A program made the position numbers and the translations under genes. The notes beneath the pieces were generated by a model. The model searched no databases. It was not told the origin of the DNA and saw only the letters and a program-made list of their open reading frames with translations. A stretch of 64,000 nt of DNA from Lophium mytilinum (lineage: Eukaryota): the NCBI GenBank assembly GCA_010093605.1, contig MU004195.1, positions 186,001-250,000 of the forward strand. The letters run 5' to 3'. How positions within the stretch are numbered: position 1 is the first letter of the stretch; each line of letters begins with the position of its first letter. Positions 25,617 through 39,122 of this stretch are shown one piece after another.

Positions 25617-25876
25617 CGTTAAAGGTATAGAGTTGGTGTAAGAATATATAGATAAATAGATAGAGATTATATTACTTAAGTTCTATTCAATACTAATAGC
25701 AATAGAGTTGTATATACACATTATTCAATGCAGTATAAAATGCTTCTCTAACGTTCTTATAACTTTATCTAATAATTATTATATTACGTTTAAACGCTTA
25801 CAATTTTTTTCTATTTAAAGGCTTTTAAGCGTATTATATGTAAGGATAAAACGCTTATGCTATTATAAAACTTATA
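25617..25876 (-). mobile_element. Solo LTR of the Copia family, heavily RIP-mutated
   Basis: Homology to the resident LTR; TSD TTTAG on both sides. Confidence 0.85.
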
Positions 25877-26268
25877 TTTAGGGGGCTAGGCTTAGTATAG
25901 AGGAGCTATTACAAGGTAAGGTATTAATAGTATAAGTGTACTCTAAGGCATGTAAGTATATAGGCAAAAATATAATAGCTTACATATAGCTTTATAAAAT
26001 AGAAAAAATAGATAATAAGATAGAAAGGCTATATAGCCTTATATATAGCTATATCTATAGTATAGATTTATATAAGAATAGAATTCTACATAAAAGTACT
26101 AAACTATTCTAGCTAGTTAGAAAATTAGATAAGAGGGGGTGTATAGAGTAAAAAGGTAATAGATATAGAGAAAGAAAGGGCTGTAATATTATTAGTACCC
26201 TATTAGAAAGATATAAATTAAAAATTATCCAGCTTCTATAGATGTGCCTTAGATAATAGCTTAGAAAT

Positions 26269-26536
26269 TGTAAGGATTAAAATAGCATAAGCGGTATATC
26301 CTTACGCATAATAGGCTCAAAAGCCTTCAAACGGAACGAAACCGTGAGCGTTTGAACGTGATACAATAAACATTAGATAATGTTACAAGAACGTTAGAGA
26401 AACGTTTTACAATGTATTAAATGCTGTATATATACAACTCCATCGCTGTTAATGTAGAATAGAACTCAAGTAATACAATTCCTATCTATCTATCTATCTA
26501 TCCATCTATTCTCTCATTGACTCTATACCTTTAACA
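26269..26536 (+). mobile_element. Solo LTR of the Copia family
   Basis: TGTAAGGATT...CTCTATACCTTTAACA; TSD GAAAT on both sides. Confidence 0.9.
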
Positions 26537-26944
26537 GAAATTTATTTATATATCTATATATTTATCTATTTATCTAATTCTATCTATCTATATATCTATC
26601 TATATATCTTTTTATTTATCTAGTTCTATCTATCTAAAGGTAGATTCTAAGTAAAAGATCATGCTACTAGAAGCGCAGTTATAGAGGTTACAGCTAATTG
26701 TAGAAAGTGTAGCGCTGCTAACAGGACTATAGTAGCCTTATAAGGTAGCTTAGAAAGTAGGTACTATCTTTTTTAAGAAGTATAAAGATGGCTTCATTAA
26801 TAAGGTCTTTACATAGGTGCTTATAGGCTAGAAGTAATAGAAAGAGGGCCTTTATTAGGTCTAAAATTAGTAATTAAGAAAGTAGAATAATATACTAAAA
26901 TAGACCCTGTAATACTATTAAAGATATAGAGTTTGCATAAGAGT

Positions 26945-27069
<125 letters not shown>

Positions 27070-27123
27070 TAATATCGAAAGCAAAATTCTAATAAATACT
27101 TCTTTCTAACATATAAGTCCTAG

Positions 27124-27396
27124 TATTAAAGTTATAGAGTTAGTGTAATAGTATATAGATAGATATATAGATAGATAGATAGGAATAAAACTACTTAAGT
27201 TCTATTTTACACTAATAGTAATAGAGTTATATATATTCACTATTTAATGGATTATTAAACGCTTCTCTCATATTCTTCTAATACTATCTAACGTTCCTTG
27301 TATTACTTTTAAACGCTTACAGTTTTATTCCCGTTTATTAGCTTTTAATCCTATTATGCATAAAGATGTAACACTTATACTGTTCTAAAACTTACA
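27124..27396 (-). mobile_element. Solo LTR of the Copia family, RIP-mutated
   Basis: Homology to the resident LTR. Flanks CCTAG/CTTAA differ only by C>T and G>A. Confidence 0.8.
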
Positions 27397-27877
27397 CTTA
27401 ATACTATAATAAGATATCAAGTTTTGAAAAACGCTAGAAGTACTTTTCTAGGCCTACTTATAACCATTCTTTTAAATCTAGACTTCATTTCATTATTTTT
27501 CTTTTATAGAGCTATAATCTAGACTTTAGTAATATACTTATATAATATGCTCTACACTACCATCTTTTTACGGCCGTGTCTAGGCGTGTAGTTATTTTTA
27601 GAAGCTCTAGTTTATATATTAACTAAACTAGCTTTGGATTATAAAACAATAGCTTATATTTATTTTAAAGGTACTGTGGCCTACTGGTAAATCTCATGTA
27701 ACTATTGCACCTAACGTTCTACATTGTTATAACTTTCATAACCCCCTGCCCAGCCAAATGGTATATCAAGCTTTCACTGAACTAAATGAAGCGTTGCGTT
27801 ACTAAAGGATGGCCAGATTCTTCGCGATCTTCCTACACACAAGCTTTCCACATCGCGTTCGCTCCGCTACACTACAT

Positions 27878-28861
27878 CTAAGGCTTCACAACTCTTACGG
27901 AAATATATCTTCCATCCCCCCAGTTGAGCCAAGCCTCAACGCCGGCCATAACGTTAATAAATCGGTCTTGTATGCCGAGCAGACGGAACAACTGGTAAGG
28001 AAGATAGCCTACAACACCGAACAGCCTCCACATAGGAAGTACTCCGTCGGTCAGGTCTTCCAGTGAAAAGTCTTTAAATCCCACCTTCTCGGCGAGCTCC
28101 TGATATCCACCCTCTTCTAGCGTATTTTGACAGTGTGACAAGCGAAGGACGTCCTGGAGAGTTCCTGTGTTGCGACTGAAGTCGGCTTCGTGGAGAACAA
28201 GAGCACCGCCTGGTTTCAAAAGGCGATAGAAGTTGCGGAGCACTTTGACGGGATCATCTGCATGCACGAACGTTTCCATTGTGTAGATGCCATCGAAGGA
28301 CTCATCCGGGAAAGAGGAAAGATTGTGGTAGTCGCCGTACTCGACCGACACTTTGTCTTCTAACTTATGGTTCTTGATATTCCTTCTAGCATCTGCAACG
28401 TGGTGGGGCGTGATATCGATGGCTTGAACGTTTAAGCCCTTCTGAGCCATGTATATGGCGACATATCCTGAACCGGCACCCGCATCAAGGACCTTCGCTC
28501 CTGGACTTAGTTCCAAACGGGTGTATAGCTTCTGCTCCATCGCTCGCAACGCCGTCGAGATCGGGAAAGGGGACAGCTGGCCTTTCCTGTATAGCCCACA
28601 ATGCCTGGCGTTGCCGAGTAACAGCCAGTAACCAAGTCGTGATTCCAAGGAGGCATAGTAGTCCGGGACGGACGGTGACGCGTCGCCATTGCTCGCAATC
28701 AAGCCTGTTCATCACAGTCAGCGACGAAAAGAGGTGACACCATAGCCTTCAACGCAGGCCAAGAGCGCACCTATAATAGCCGACGCCAAAAGTGCTAAAA
28801 AAGCAGCAACATAACGCAGTCGAAACCGAGATCTACTTTGAGGCGTGGTAGGGTTCGCCAT
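27878..28861 (-). CDS. Class I SAM-dependent methyltransferase with N-terminal signal anchor
   Basis: KVLDAGAGSG (motif I), FDGIYTMETFVH and RLLKPGGALV. First exon MANP...YVAAFLALLASAII is joined by intron 28705-28770. Confidence 0.88.
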
Positions 28862-30445
28862 CGTGGGAGATGGTCAAAACGGAGCGGAGTGGAAAAGCTG
28901 TACCTGGGTATCGTTTGGTCTGAGATTATACAGAAGGCCCCCTTGGCGCGCTAGGTAATCCCCCCTACTTAAACCATTAACGAAAAAGCGGGTGCGTGCG
29001 GAGGCGGGTTGTTAGGCGACGAAGGGCCCACATCAGCTCGATACGAGCGATCTGATACGCTCCATCATGAACCTAACGTTGAAATTACGCGCCAAGGAGG
29101 GCTCTATCAAAGATGGCAACGCGGCGACGGGCGCTATCTACGCGCTGCGGCACAGCGGAACGTCCCAAGCCAGCAGTGATGAAACCCAATCAGATGGAAG
29201 TTGCCAGTTCCCCCCCCTGCTCAGGTCATCCACCAGCGCTGTAGTATGGCTGGAGCAATTCTGCAGTGCTTCCCGCTTTGTTGTTGATTGAAATGGGTTC
29301 AAGCAAGAGAAAAGTTTGGGTGAACAGGGCTGCGGCGAATTTTGTCTCCTGGTCTCTATGCGAAATTTTATCTTGGTTATGATATGGACCAAACGCCCTA
29401 AACCTAACCGAGCCCGGAGTAGCTGTTAATCCGAGTTCTTGCTTTCACCTCTACCCTGTGGTGACAGCTGCGAAGGCTAGACTACCCACCTTACCTTTTC
29501 TGATCAGCAGGAGCAACACAATGTACTGTACGGATGCGTTCTGTATACAGATAGCAGATAGCGCCCTATGATTGACAGAACCCCACCGAACACATGCCTA
29601 CTTGCATTCGCTATCCGCCGGTCTACGAACCAGAATTAGAGATCGGCGCCATAATATGCGCCCTCTTGTGGCCTCCTTCTGGTAAAATTTTGTGTCAGGG
29701 GTCCTCTCCAAAGAATTTTGAGGCGGCACAGCCCCATCGCCCAAGCTCCTCAATGTACGACCCCCGAACTACCCCACGCAGGTCATGGAAGAGAGACTCT
29801 CTGCTTTCAGGTCAAGCTATCGTATATGTACGCAGTGTGTCACTACTTAGGATTCTTCAATAAATTTTCAAAATCTAGACAAGATAGAAGCTCGTCACCT
29901 TGAGCTAACTGCGCGGTAACGTGTCGAAGCACTACAAGTCTTTGATGAGTGTGCCATCTTTTTCACCCCCTGCCATACCCTGCACCCCAAAATGTGAACC
30001 CGCTCAGTGCTCTGCAATCGGCTAGAAAAATAGCGCAAGCGCTCGTGCCTGGGGATGAGGCGGCGTACGTATTGGCTCATGAGACACACAGGTTGAAACC
30101 GAGATGCAACCACAAGCGCAACCAGCACTCATCGTTCAGCTGTCTAGGTTGTCGACCCCTCCCGTTGACGGGATTGGAAGCAGCACTACATATCGAAACA
30201 GCGACTGTTGCAACGACGCTAGATTAGGCTACGGTTACGGTGTCGCCTTGACCAATGTTGGTATGACCCGCTCGACGATGCTGTGCCGCACCGAGTGAGC
30301 TGGTCTTGTGGACTCTGCAAGCGCTTGCTTGCCGTATGTCCTCGGGACGGCCCGCCTACGAAAGTTCTCTTAGTGTCTACCCACTCTGACCTAGACAGTG
30401 GGTCTTCTTTCTTTCGACGTCCAAAGTCTGGCCGTGAGCTTCCTA

Positions 30446-31899
30446 ATGAGTGCTTCCATGAACTGTTCGGCTTACAACAACAATGTCAACCTCACGGGCA
30501 CTCGAGGATGGGTACGACAGTCCAACGATCGTGGAAGCCTAGATATTATTATCTCTTGTGGAGTTACCGTCTTTCTTTGCATCTGGACATCTGTTTGCGT
30601 CAACGTACCCGCACCTTCTCGTGGAGTCTGGGACATCTTCCGGGATCGATGGCATATGTTCTGTCTAGGATTACTTGGCCCTGAGTTTATTCTTCTCAAC
30701 GCACTTGGGCAATTCTGTAGCGCAAAAGCTTCAGTTCGGGCATTCGCTGCCACAGATCATTCAGGCTGGACCATGAAGCATGCCTTTTTCGCTGATATGG
30801 GAGGTGTTCACCTGCGACTTCCTAATGCCCTACTGGACGAACCGAAATCGTTCCCAATAAATGCTAAGCAGCTGCATTTCCTGGTTGCAAATGGCCACAT
30901 TCCTTTCCCTAGCAACATCACGCAGGATACAATCCGTGACAAGAACAAGAGTGATGGACTAGCTAGGTCTGATATATCATCAACTCTTCTCACATAAAGG
31001 CTAATTGATCCAGGTTCATTTGCTCCATTCAAATATTTTGGTTTACTTTAAGCACGGCGTCTCGGCCCATCAAAGGTTACGCAACCACTAGCCTCGAACT
31101 TACGACCATCGCATACATTGTCTGTGCTTTAGCCACAATGTTCTTCTGGCGACATAAGCCAATGGATGTTCAAGACGCTATTTTCTTGGATTGCCAGCGC
31201 GAATTGGATCAATTACTGGACGAGCAAGGACGTAGTGCGGCTGGTCCATATCATTTCACGCCACTCGACTTCGTTAGTCGAGAAGAATGGATAGCCAGCC
31301 GACTGTGGGTGTACAACGTCAACCTCCTACGACGGATGCGGATAATTCACACATATCGGAAAACGCTTCCCATCCAACACTTCTCATCGTTCAACTTCCT
31401 GATCCCAGAACGATCAATGCTCTTCGTTGCGCTAGCCATTTCTTTGGCTTATGCGAGCGTTTTTGTCGCAGGCTGGAGCATTCATTTCCCCACTAGGCTG
31501 GAGATGATCCTTTGGCGAACATGCTCCTTGGGCTCGATGATGATTGTGGCCATTGGTGGCGTATTTGAAATATCTCTTATGATAAAACATTACTCGAAGA
31601 CCACACAAGGCGACAATGTTGAGTTGACTCTGGGACCTCATCTAGTCCGCTCACATCCATTGATTAAGCCGGCGCCTACACGTATGCAAGCCGCTATGCA
31701 GCATGTCAAGAACAAGACGCCAAATTTGGATCCAGAGTACGAGGTACCCTTCCGGTCATTGATAGTTACGCTACCATTGTGCGCTTTGTATACTATTTTC
31801 CGATTCTTTATTCTCTTAGAAGACTTTATATCATTCCGGGGACTTCCAGCTACCGCCTTTATGGCGATAGACTGGGCGACGTATCTTCCACATATTTAA
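30446..31899 (+). CDS. Fungal multi-pass membrane protein of unknown function
   Basis: Motifs RGSLDIIISCGVTVFLCIWTSV, WTMKHAFFADMGG, IRDKNKSDGLA, LELTT, FFWRHKPMDV and FPTRLEMILWR. Intron 30967-31013. Confidence 0.8.
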
Positions 31900-32584
31900 C
31901 AGTTCTGAAACTTTTGATAACTTAGCATAGAGGCTATAGGAGCGATACCTCTACTTCTATAGTCTTATTTCTTTCTTATAAATGCCTAATATAGATACTT
32001 AATATACTTAAAATATAGAAAGATATAACTTTTAAGCCTACTAACTATACACACCCCTCTAACCTAATCTTCTAATAACTACTAAGTCCTACTAGAGAGC
32101 CTCTAACACCCCTCTAATCTAATCTTCTAATTACTACTAAGTTCTACTATAGAGCCTCTAATTTACTTGCCTAATATACTTACTAAGTCTAAATACTCTC
32201 TCTAAATATAGTAAAGTTATATGTAATAATTACATTGTTATACTAAACCTTATCCTTCTTCTTATTATTATACTTATTATCTTTATATCTAGCTCCTTCC
32301 GCAGTTAGATAGAGTAAGAGCCTAGTAATAGGGAGCTACTATACTAGCTTACAGCCTATAGAACTTAAGAGGCTAATAAGCTTATATAGTATATAGATTA
32401 AGTAGTAATAAAGGTAGGGGTAATAGAGGAGGACTAGGATTAATATTAAGAGGCTATAATAAGGTAAGGTTTCTACAGTTTAAGATATGCTTCTAGATAT
32501 ATAGGTATATAGATAGTAATAAAATAGCCTATATAAAGTATATAAAATAGAAAGAATAGAAAATAAAATAGTAAGGCTAGTAGC

Positions 32585-32845
32585 TATAAGGATTACAATA
32601 GCATAAGCGTTATATCCTTACGCATAATAGGCTCAAAAGCCTTCAAACGGGACGAAACCGTGAGCGTTTAAACGTGATACAACGAACGTTGGATAACGTT
32701 ACAAGAACGTTAGAGAAACGTTTTATAATGCATTAAATGCTGTATATATACTCCGTTGCTGTCGATGTAGAATAGAACTCAAGCAATACAATTCCTATCT
32801 ATCTATCTATCCATCTATTCTCCCATCGACTCTATACCTTTGACA
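32585..32845 (+). repeat. 5' LTR (261 bp)
   Basis: T(G>A)TAAGGATTAC...CTTTGACA; matches six solo copies in this window. Confidence 0.92.
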
Positions 32846-32855
32846 GGTTATGAGC
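32846..32855 (+). promoter_or_regulatory. Primer-binding site of copia type (internal tRNA-iMet priming)
   Basis: GGTTATGAGC immediately follows the LTR; compare copia-type GGTTATGGGC. Confidence 0.75.
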
Positions 32856-33388
32856 TCGGATCGCACCACGCAATCTACAGCTATACAAAGCACCAACGGG
32901 CAGGTTCTATCTTAAAATCAACCAGATATCGATCAAAATCATCCAAATCGACCAAATATTGGACGAAAACGACGCCGTTTACCATCTCGTTTACTATTAC
33001 CAGCATACGAACCTACTACACCACCGTACGAGTGGTTTCAAGCTCAAAATGAAGCCGAAATAGCCGAAAACGAAGCCAAAATTGAAGAAGAGGACGAAGT
33101 TATCGACTATAAACCCGCTATACAACAGCTGGAACGCAATCTAGAATTGTAAATCCATCACGAATAAAATCAGACTAAAGAAATTCATATTTACCATCAC
33201 GAAGCTTCTATAAGCTTATATTACGTCATAAACCACGCAATTAACCTTCCAACCTCTATTATCTATTACGTATTAAATCCAGATACTCTAGATTAGATTA
33301 TAACCTTTTATCCTATTATCTTATCCAACACAAGAAGATAAATTGATTAAAAATCGAAATATTTCTCTTTCTATCTATCTATCTATTC

Positions 33389-33660
33389 ATCAAATACATA
33401 GATACATAGAATTCATCTATCTATCTATTCGCCAAATACATAGATAGATAGAAATCTATCTATTCAACAAATCTATAGATATATAGAAATCCATCTATTT
33501 ATCTATTTATCTATCTATCTATTTATCAAATACATAGATACATAGAATTCATCTATCTATCTATTCGCCAAATACATAGATAGATAGAAATCTATCTATT
33601 CAACAAATCTATAGATATATAGAAATCCATCTATTTATCTATTTATCTATCTATCTATTT
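33389..33660. repeat. Two tandem 136-bp units of GATA/TATC-rich sequence in the element leader
   Basis: Units 33389-33524 and 33525-33660 are essentially identical. Confidence 0.9.
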
Positions 33661-33696
33661 GCCTAACGGGCTATTTATCTATCTATTCAATCTAAA

Positions 33697-36600
33697 ATGG
33701 ATAAAATCAGTATTACCAAGCTAGTTGGTCAATCTAACTACGAAGTTTGGGCTCTAAGAGTACAATCTCTCTTAGTAGAAAAAAGTTGTAGTGATGCTAT
33801 TAGCAGCACTACTCCTATTCCTATTAATAAGGAAAACGATGCAAAAGCATTAGCCACTATTAGGCTTACTATAGAGGATGGTCCTCTATTATAATTATAG
33901 TATTCTGCTACTGCAATAGAAGCTTGGAAGCTACTAAAGAAGCTATATAGCCTAAAGGGCTTTAGTTCTAAATTCCTTATTTGTAAGGAGCTGTTTAATA
34001 CTGTTTTATCTAAGTTTTCAACTATAGAAGATTACTTAAATAAGATAAAACAGTTAACAGATTAATTAAAAGCGAAAAAGCTTGAATTACTAAATTAAGT
34101 TATTGTAGCCTGGGTTTTAAATAACCTAACGGACCCCTATAATGGCTTTATAATAATGGTTACGCAATCCTATAGGGAAAACTTATCTAATATTAAATTA
34201 GATGATTTATTCTCTAATTTAATGGACGAAGCAAGAAGACAAGAGTCTAAAGAGCACGAAACGGCTCTATTTAATAGAACTAAAAAGTTCTTGCCTAAAA
34301 ATAAGAATAGAATAGAAAAAACAAGATATTATAAGAAGTGTAAAACAGCTACGCACCTTATAAAAGATTGTTTCTATCTATTTCCAGAAAGGGCACTAAA
34401 ATGGTTTAGAACTAAAGAGTATTTCGAACCACTAAAAGATAAGGAAGAATCCTTAATTATAGAGGAATCTAACCCTAATAATTAGGGAGATTTCGATATA
34501 GATCTAGATGCAGCTGAAGTAAAGGTATTTCTAGCATCCCATTATACCCCTAATAACGAAGCTAATTATATATTAGACTCCGGGAGCACAAGCCATATAA
34601 TAGTAGATAAAAATCTATTTACTAGTTATAAGGAGCAAGCTATTATATTAAATTGGGGAGAAAATAAAACTACAACTGCAAAAGGTGTAGGAAATGTACA
34701 ATTAAAACTAAATGGGAATATATTTATACTAGAAAAGTGCCTTTTTATACCTAACTTTAGATATAATCTAATATCTATAAGTAAACTAGATTCTATAGGA
34801 ATAAACGTTACGTTTAAGAATAAAACAGCTATTATATATAAAAAGAATAATATACTAGCAACAGCATCGCTTAAAAACTCTTTATACTATATAAATATAG
34901 AAAATACAACGCTTTTTATAAAGTAAATAAATTAAATACATAAACAGATAGATAAAAGCGATTTGATAAATACATACATAGATAGAAATAATCTATCTAT
35001 TTGGCACTAAAGAATGGGCCATATAAGCTCTAGAAAGCTTAGTATATTATTAGGCATACCACCTATAAAAGAACCTATATAATGCGAAGCCTGTATAAAA
35101 GCTAAGATGACTAAGAATAAAAGAAGTAAGGAAATAACACTAAAAACGGTAATTCCTTTACAAAAAGTCTCTTTAGATTTAGCAGGGCCTATAAATCCAC
35201 CTAGTTTAGGGGGTAATAAATACGTTATCTTCTTTATAGATACAGCTTCAAGATATATAGAATATAAACTATTAAAATCTAAAGATGAAGCTTATAACGC
35301 CTTTTTAGAATATAAAGCTAAGGCTGAAAATATAAATACAGGAGATAAAAGAAAAATACAAATTTTTAAAACTGATAATGGGGGAGAATATATAAATAAG
35401 AAGTTTAAAACAACTCTTTTAAAAACGGGTATAATCTATTAATTCTTAAGCCCCTATACGCCGGAACAAAACGGTCTAGTAGAGCGGATTAACTTAACTA
35501 TATTTAATATAGTAAGGGCTCTATTATATACAGCTAATTTACCTTTTAATCTATGGGGAGAAGCTGTAAATGCGGCCGTATATATATACAATAGAACGCC
35601 GCACTCTAGCTTAAAAGATAAAACGCCATTTGAGCTATATTATAAAAGAAAAGCTAAAATAGATAATATAAAAATCTTCGGATCTACAGCTTATTATAAG
35701 GTTAAAACGTAAATAACTAAATTAGAACTAAGAGCTAAAAAGGCTATAGTATTAGGCTATGGTTCAAATGCGTATAGACTATTAGATATAGAAACTAAAA
35801 AGATCTTTTGGGCAAGAGATGTATCTATAATAGAAGGCTTCCTTAATAAAAGGAATGAAAACAACAACGTTAATAAAAAGGGAAATCCTTTAGAATACGT
35901 TATTAATATAGAGCCACTAAAAGATAATACTATAAGTAATAATACTATAAGTGATACTATAAGTAATAATACTATAAGTAGTAATAATTTAATAATAGAT
36001 AAAAGCTCTAAAGATGAATTAGCTTTAAAACCATCTAAAAATCTATCTATTTAAAGATATACACAGAATCCAAATTTAATAAATAGATATATAGATGAAA
36101 ATCAATCATCTACAAATACATACATAGATAGAAACTAAACTTAATTATCTACAAATACATACATAGATGATCTATCTGAAGATGAATTGGCCTTTATTAT
36201 TAATAATAACAACGAGCCAAATACATATAAACAAGCTATAGAATCTCCTTATAATAATAAGTGGAAAGAAGCTATGCAAATAGAAATAGACCAGCTTACT
36301 AAGCAAAATACCTGGGAGTTAGTAGACTTACCAGTAAATAGAAATGCGTTAAAAGGACGCTGGGTTTATAAAATTAAAACCGATATAGATAATAATATAT
36401 CTAAATATAAGGCAAGATGGGTAGTAAAAGGTTTTAGCCAAGTCTACAGCGTAGATTATGAAGAAACCTTTGCTAATACCTGCCGCCCAGAAGTATATAG
36501 GCTATTACTTATATTAGCTACTTATTATAACTGGGAAATAATACAATGGGACTTTAAAAACGCATTTACGCATGCAGACTTAGATAAAGAACTATACGTG

Positions 36601-37573
36601 GAACAACTACATGGTTTTAATATAAATAATAAAGTCTGTAAGCTAAATAAAGCATTATACGGCTTAAAACAGTCCCCTAGACAATGGTATATCTATTTAG
36701 CTACGTATTTAGAAAAGTACGGTTTTAAAAGTACTATTGCAGAGCAGGCAGTATTTAAAAACGAAAATATAATAATAGTCTGCTACGTAGATGATTTATT
36801 AGTATTTAGCCCAAATATAAAAGATATAGAAAATCTACAATTAAAACTAAGCAAAGACTTAGAATTAACAAACTTAGGGCCTATATCCTATTTTCTAGGC
36901 ATGGAAATAATACGTAATAGAAAGGAAAGAACCCTATTATTAAGCCAGAAAAAGTATACAAAAAGTCTATTAAAAAGATTTAATAAAGAGAAACTAAATC
37001 CCGTTTCTATACTAGGAGAAATAGGTATAAAACTAGAGAAAAACGATAAACAGGCATTAAAAGAAGATATAAAACTATACCAGCAATAAGTTAGAAGTCT
37101 TATTTATCTATCTACAAAGACAAGACCAGATATAGCCTATAGCATAAATCTATGCGCTCATTTTATGTCTAATCCTAGTCCTATTCACTTTAAAGCCTTA
37201 GAAAGGATCTAGAAATACTTATTATATAAGCCTACGCACGGAATTAGCGTTAAATTTTCTCCTAGTGATCCAGCACCCTATTTATTAGGATATTCCGATG
37301 CAGATCACGGGGGTGATATAATAGGAAGAAAATCAACAACTGGCTACTACTTCTCCTATGGAAAAACCCCTATTAGCTGGAATAGTAAACTACAGAAATC
37401 TGTAGCACTATCTAGTTGCGAAGCTGAATATATGGCTTTAAAAGAAACTATAAAAGAATATATATACTTAATAAGTATATTAAAACAACTTAATATTAAA
37501 AATACAGAAGACTTCTATCTATTTACGGATAGTCAATCAGCTATAGAATTAGCTAATAATCCTGAACACCACT
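33697..37573 (+). pseudogene. Copia gag-pol polyprotein broken by RIP-type stop codons
   Basis: Gag (KLVGQSNYEVWALR), degenerate Zn knuckle (YKKCKTATHLIKDC), protease LDSGSTSH, integrase WH.RMGH/CEAC/DLAGP/TDNGGEY/PEQNGLVER, RT KARWVVKG/YGLKQSPRQW/YVDD, RNase H DADH/RKSTTGY/EAEYMA/TDSQSA. In-frame TAA/TAG at Gln/Trp positions. Confidence 0.93.
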
Positions 37574-38058
37574 NNNNNNNNNNNNNNNNNNNNNNNNNNN
37601 NNNNNNNNNNNNNNNNNNNNNNNNNNNNNNNNNNNNNNNNNNNNNNNNNNNNNNNNNNNNNNNNNNNNNNNNNNNNNNNNNNNNNNNNNNNNNNNNNNNN
37701 NNNNNNNNNNNNNNNNNNNNNNNNNNNNNNNNNNNNNNNNNNNNNNNNNNNNNNNNNNNNNNNNNNNNNNNNNNNNNNNNNNNNNNNNNNNNNNNNNNNN
37801 NNNNNNNNNNNNNNNNNNNNNNNNNNNNNNNNNNNNNNNNNNNNNNNNNNNNNNNNNNNNNNNNNNNNNNNNNNNNNNNNNNNNNNNNNNNNNNNNNNNN
37901 NNNNNNNNNNNNNNNNNNNNNNNNNNNNNNNNNNNNNNNNNNNNNNNNNNNNNNNNNNNNNNNNNNNNNNNNNNNNNNNNNNNNNNNNNNNNNNNNNNNN
38001 NNNNNNNNNNNNNNNNNNNNNNNNNNNNNNNNNNNNNNNNNNNNNNNNNNNNNNNNNN
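37574..38058. other. Assembly gap (N run)
   Basis: Run of N covering the RNase H end, the PPT and most of the 3' LTR. Confidence 1.
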
Positions 38059-38306
38059 TCTATCTATCTATCCATCTATTCTCCCATCAACTCTATACCT
38101 TTGACAGTAGCCTTATATATTATAAAGATATTTAAAAGAATAGAGCTCTAGAGCTTTCTCTAAGCCCTTTAAGCTAGTTAAAAGGTTTAATAGAAGAGGG
38201 ATATATATATAGCAAAAATAGTATATATATTTAGTAATAACTTATTTAATATTCTAAATACTATATTAGATATAGAAAATAGTACTTTCTTAAAAAGATC
38301 TATATA

Positions 38307-38308
<2 letters not shown>

Positions 38309-38366
<58 letters not shown>

Positions 38367-38368
38367 CT

Positions 38369-38403
<35 letters not shown>

Positions 38404-38405
38404 AT
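38309..38405. repeat. (TCTA)n microsatellite
   Basis: Long TATC run with one interruption. Confidence 0.9.
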
Positions 38406-38858
38406 CTCTTACTTTTATCTATTATATAGTTAGTCCCAGGAATAGTAGTATAATATGAGATATATTCTAGGCTCTTACCTTCTTTTAATAGTACTATTTT
38501 CTATATAGAAACTTTAGGATTCTATAGCTATCTCTTTCTATTTAAGTTATAAGACCTAGAGAGTAGATATTATGTTAAGATTATTGTTAAAGCGTCTACA
38601 CCCTACATAAGTGGTACAAATTCTGTCCGGCCTAACTAGCCTAGGGCCAATCTTTTTTCATAAACTGTGACATATTATAAATTGTTAAAAAAAAGCCTAG
38701 CATCTATTACTATATAGCTAGTAGACTTTACTCCTTAGTAATCTTTACTCTGTAGTAAGATTAAATATAGAAGATTTATTCTTATCTTAAGATACTCTTA
38801 TTATAGTAGATATATAATTTAGCTAAGAAGTTACTTTTCTTGAAATTATACTAATGTT

Positions 38859-39122
38859 TGTAACTTCTATAATAATATAGACAACATGTCATTACGCATA
38901 ATAAGCTTAAAAGCATTTAAACGGAATGAAACTGTAAACGTTTAAATGTAATATAATAAACGTTAGATAACATTATAAGAACGTTAGAGAAACGTTTTAT
39001 AATGCATTAAATGCTGTATATAGATAACTCCATTACTGTTAATATAGACTAGAACTTAAGTAATATAATTCCTATCTATCTATCTATCCATCTATTCTTT
39101 TATCAACTCTATACCTTTAATA
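38859..39122 (+). mobile_element. Solo LTR of the Copia family, heavily RIP-mutated
   Basis: TGTAAC...CTCTATACCTTTAATA homologous to the resident LTR; flanks ATGTT/ATGCT. Confidence 0.8.

Larger units (their letters stand above)
32585..38106 (+). mobile_element. Full-length Ty1/Copia LTR retrotransposon, RIP-inactivated
   Basis: 5' LTR 32585-32845; the 3' LTR ends at 38106 and is mostly in the gap. TSD GTAGC at 32580-32584 and 38107-38111. PBS GGTTATGAGC; domain order gag-PR-IN-RT-RH. Confidence 0.95.

Noticed and set aside
37432..38151. 239-aa ORF
   Set aside because: Artefact of reading through the N gap; only the first ~47 codons are RNase H.
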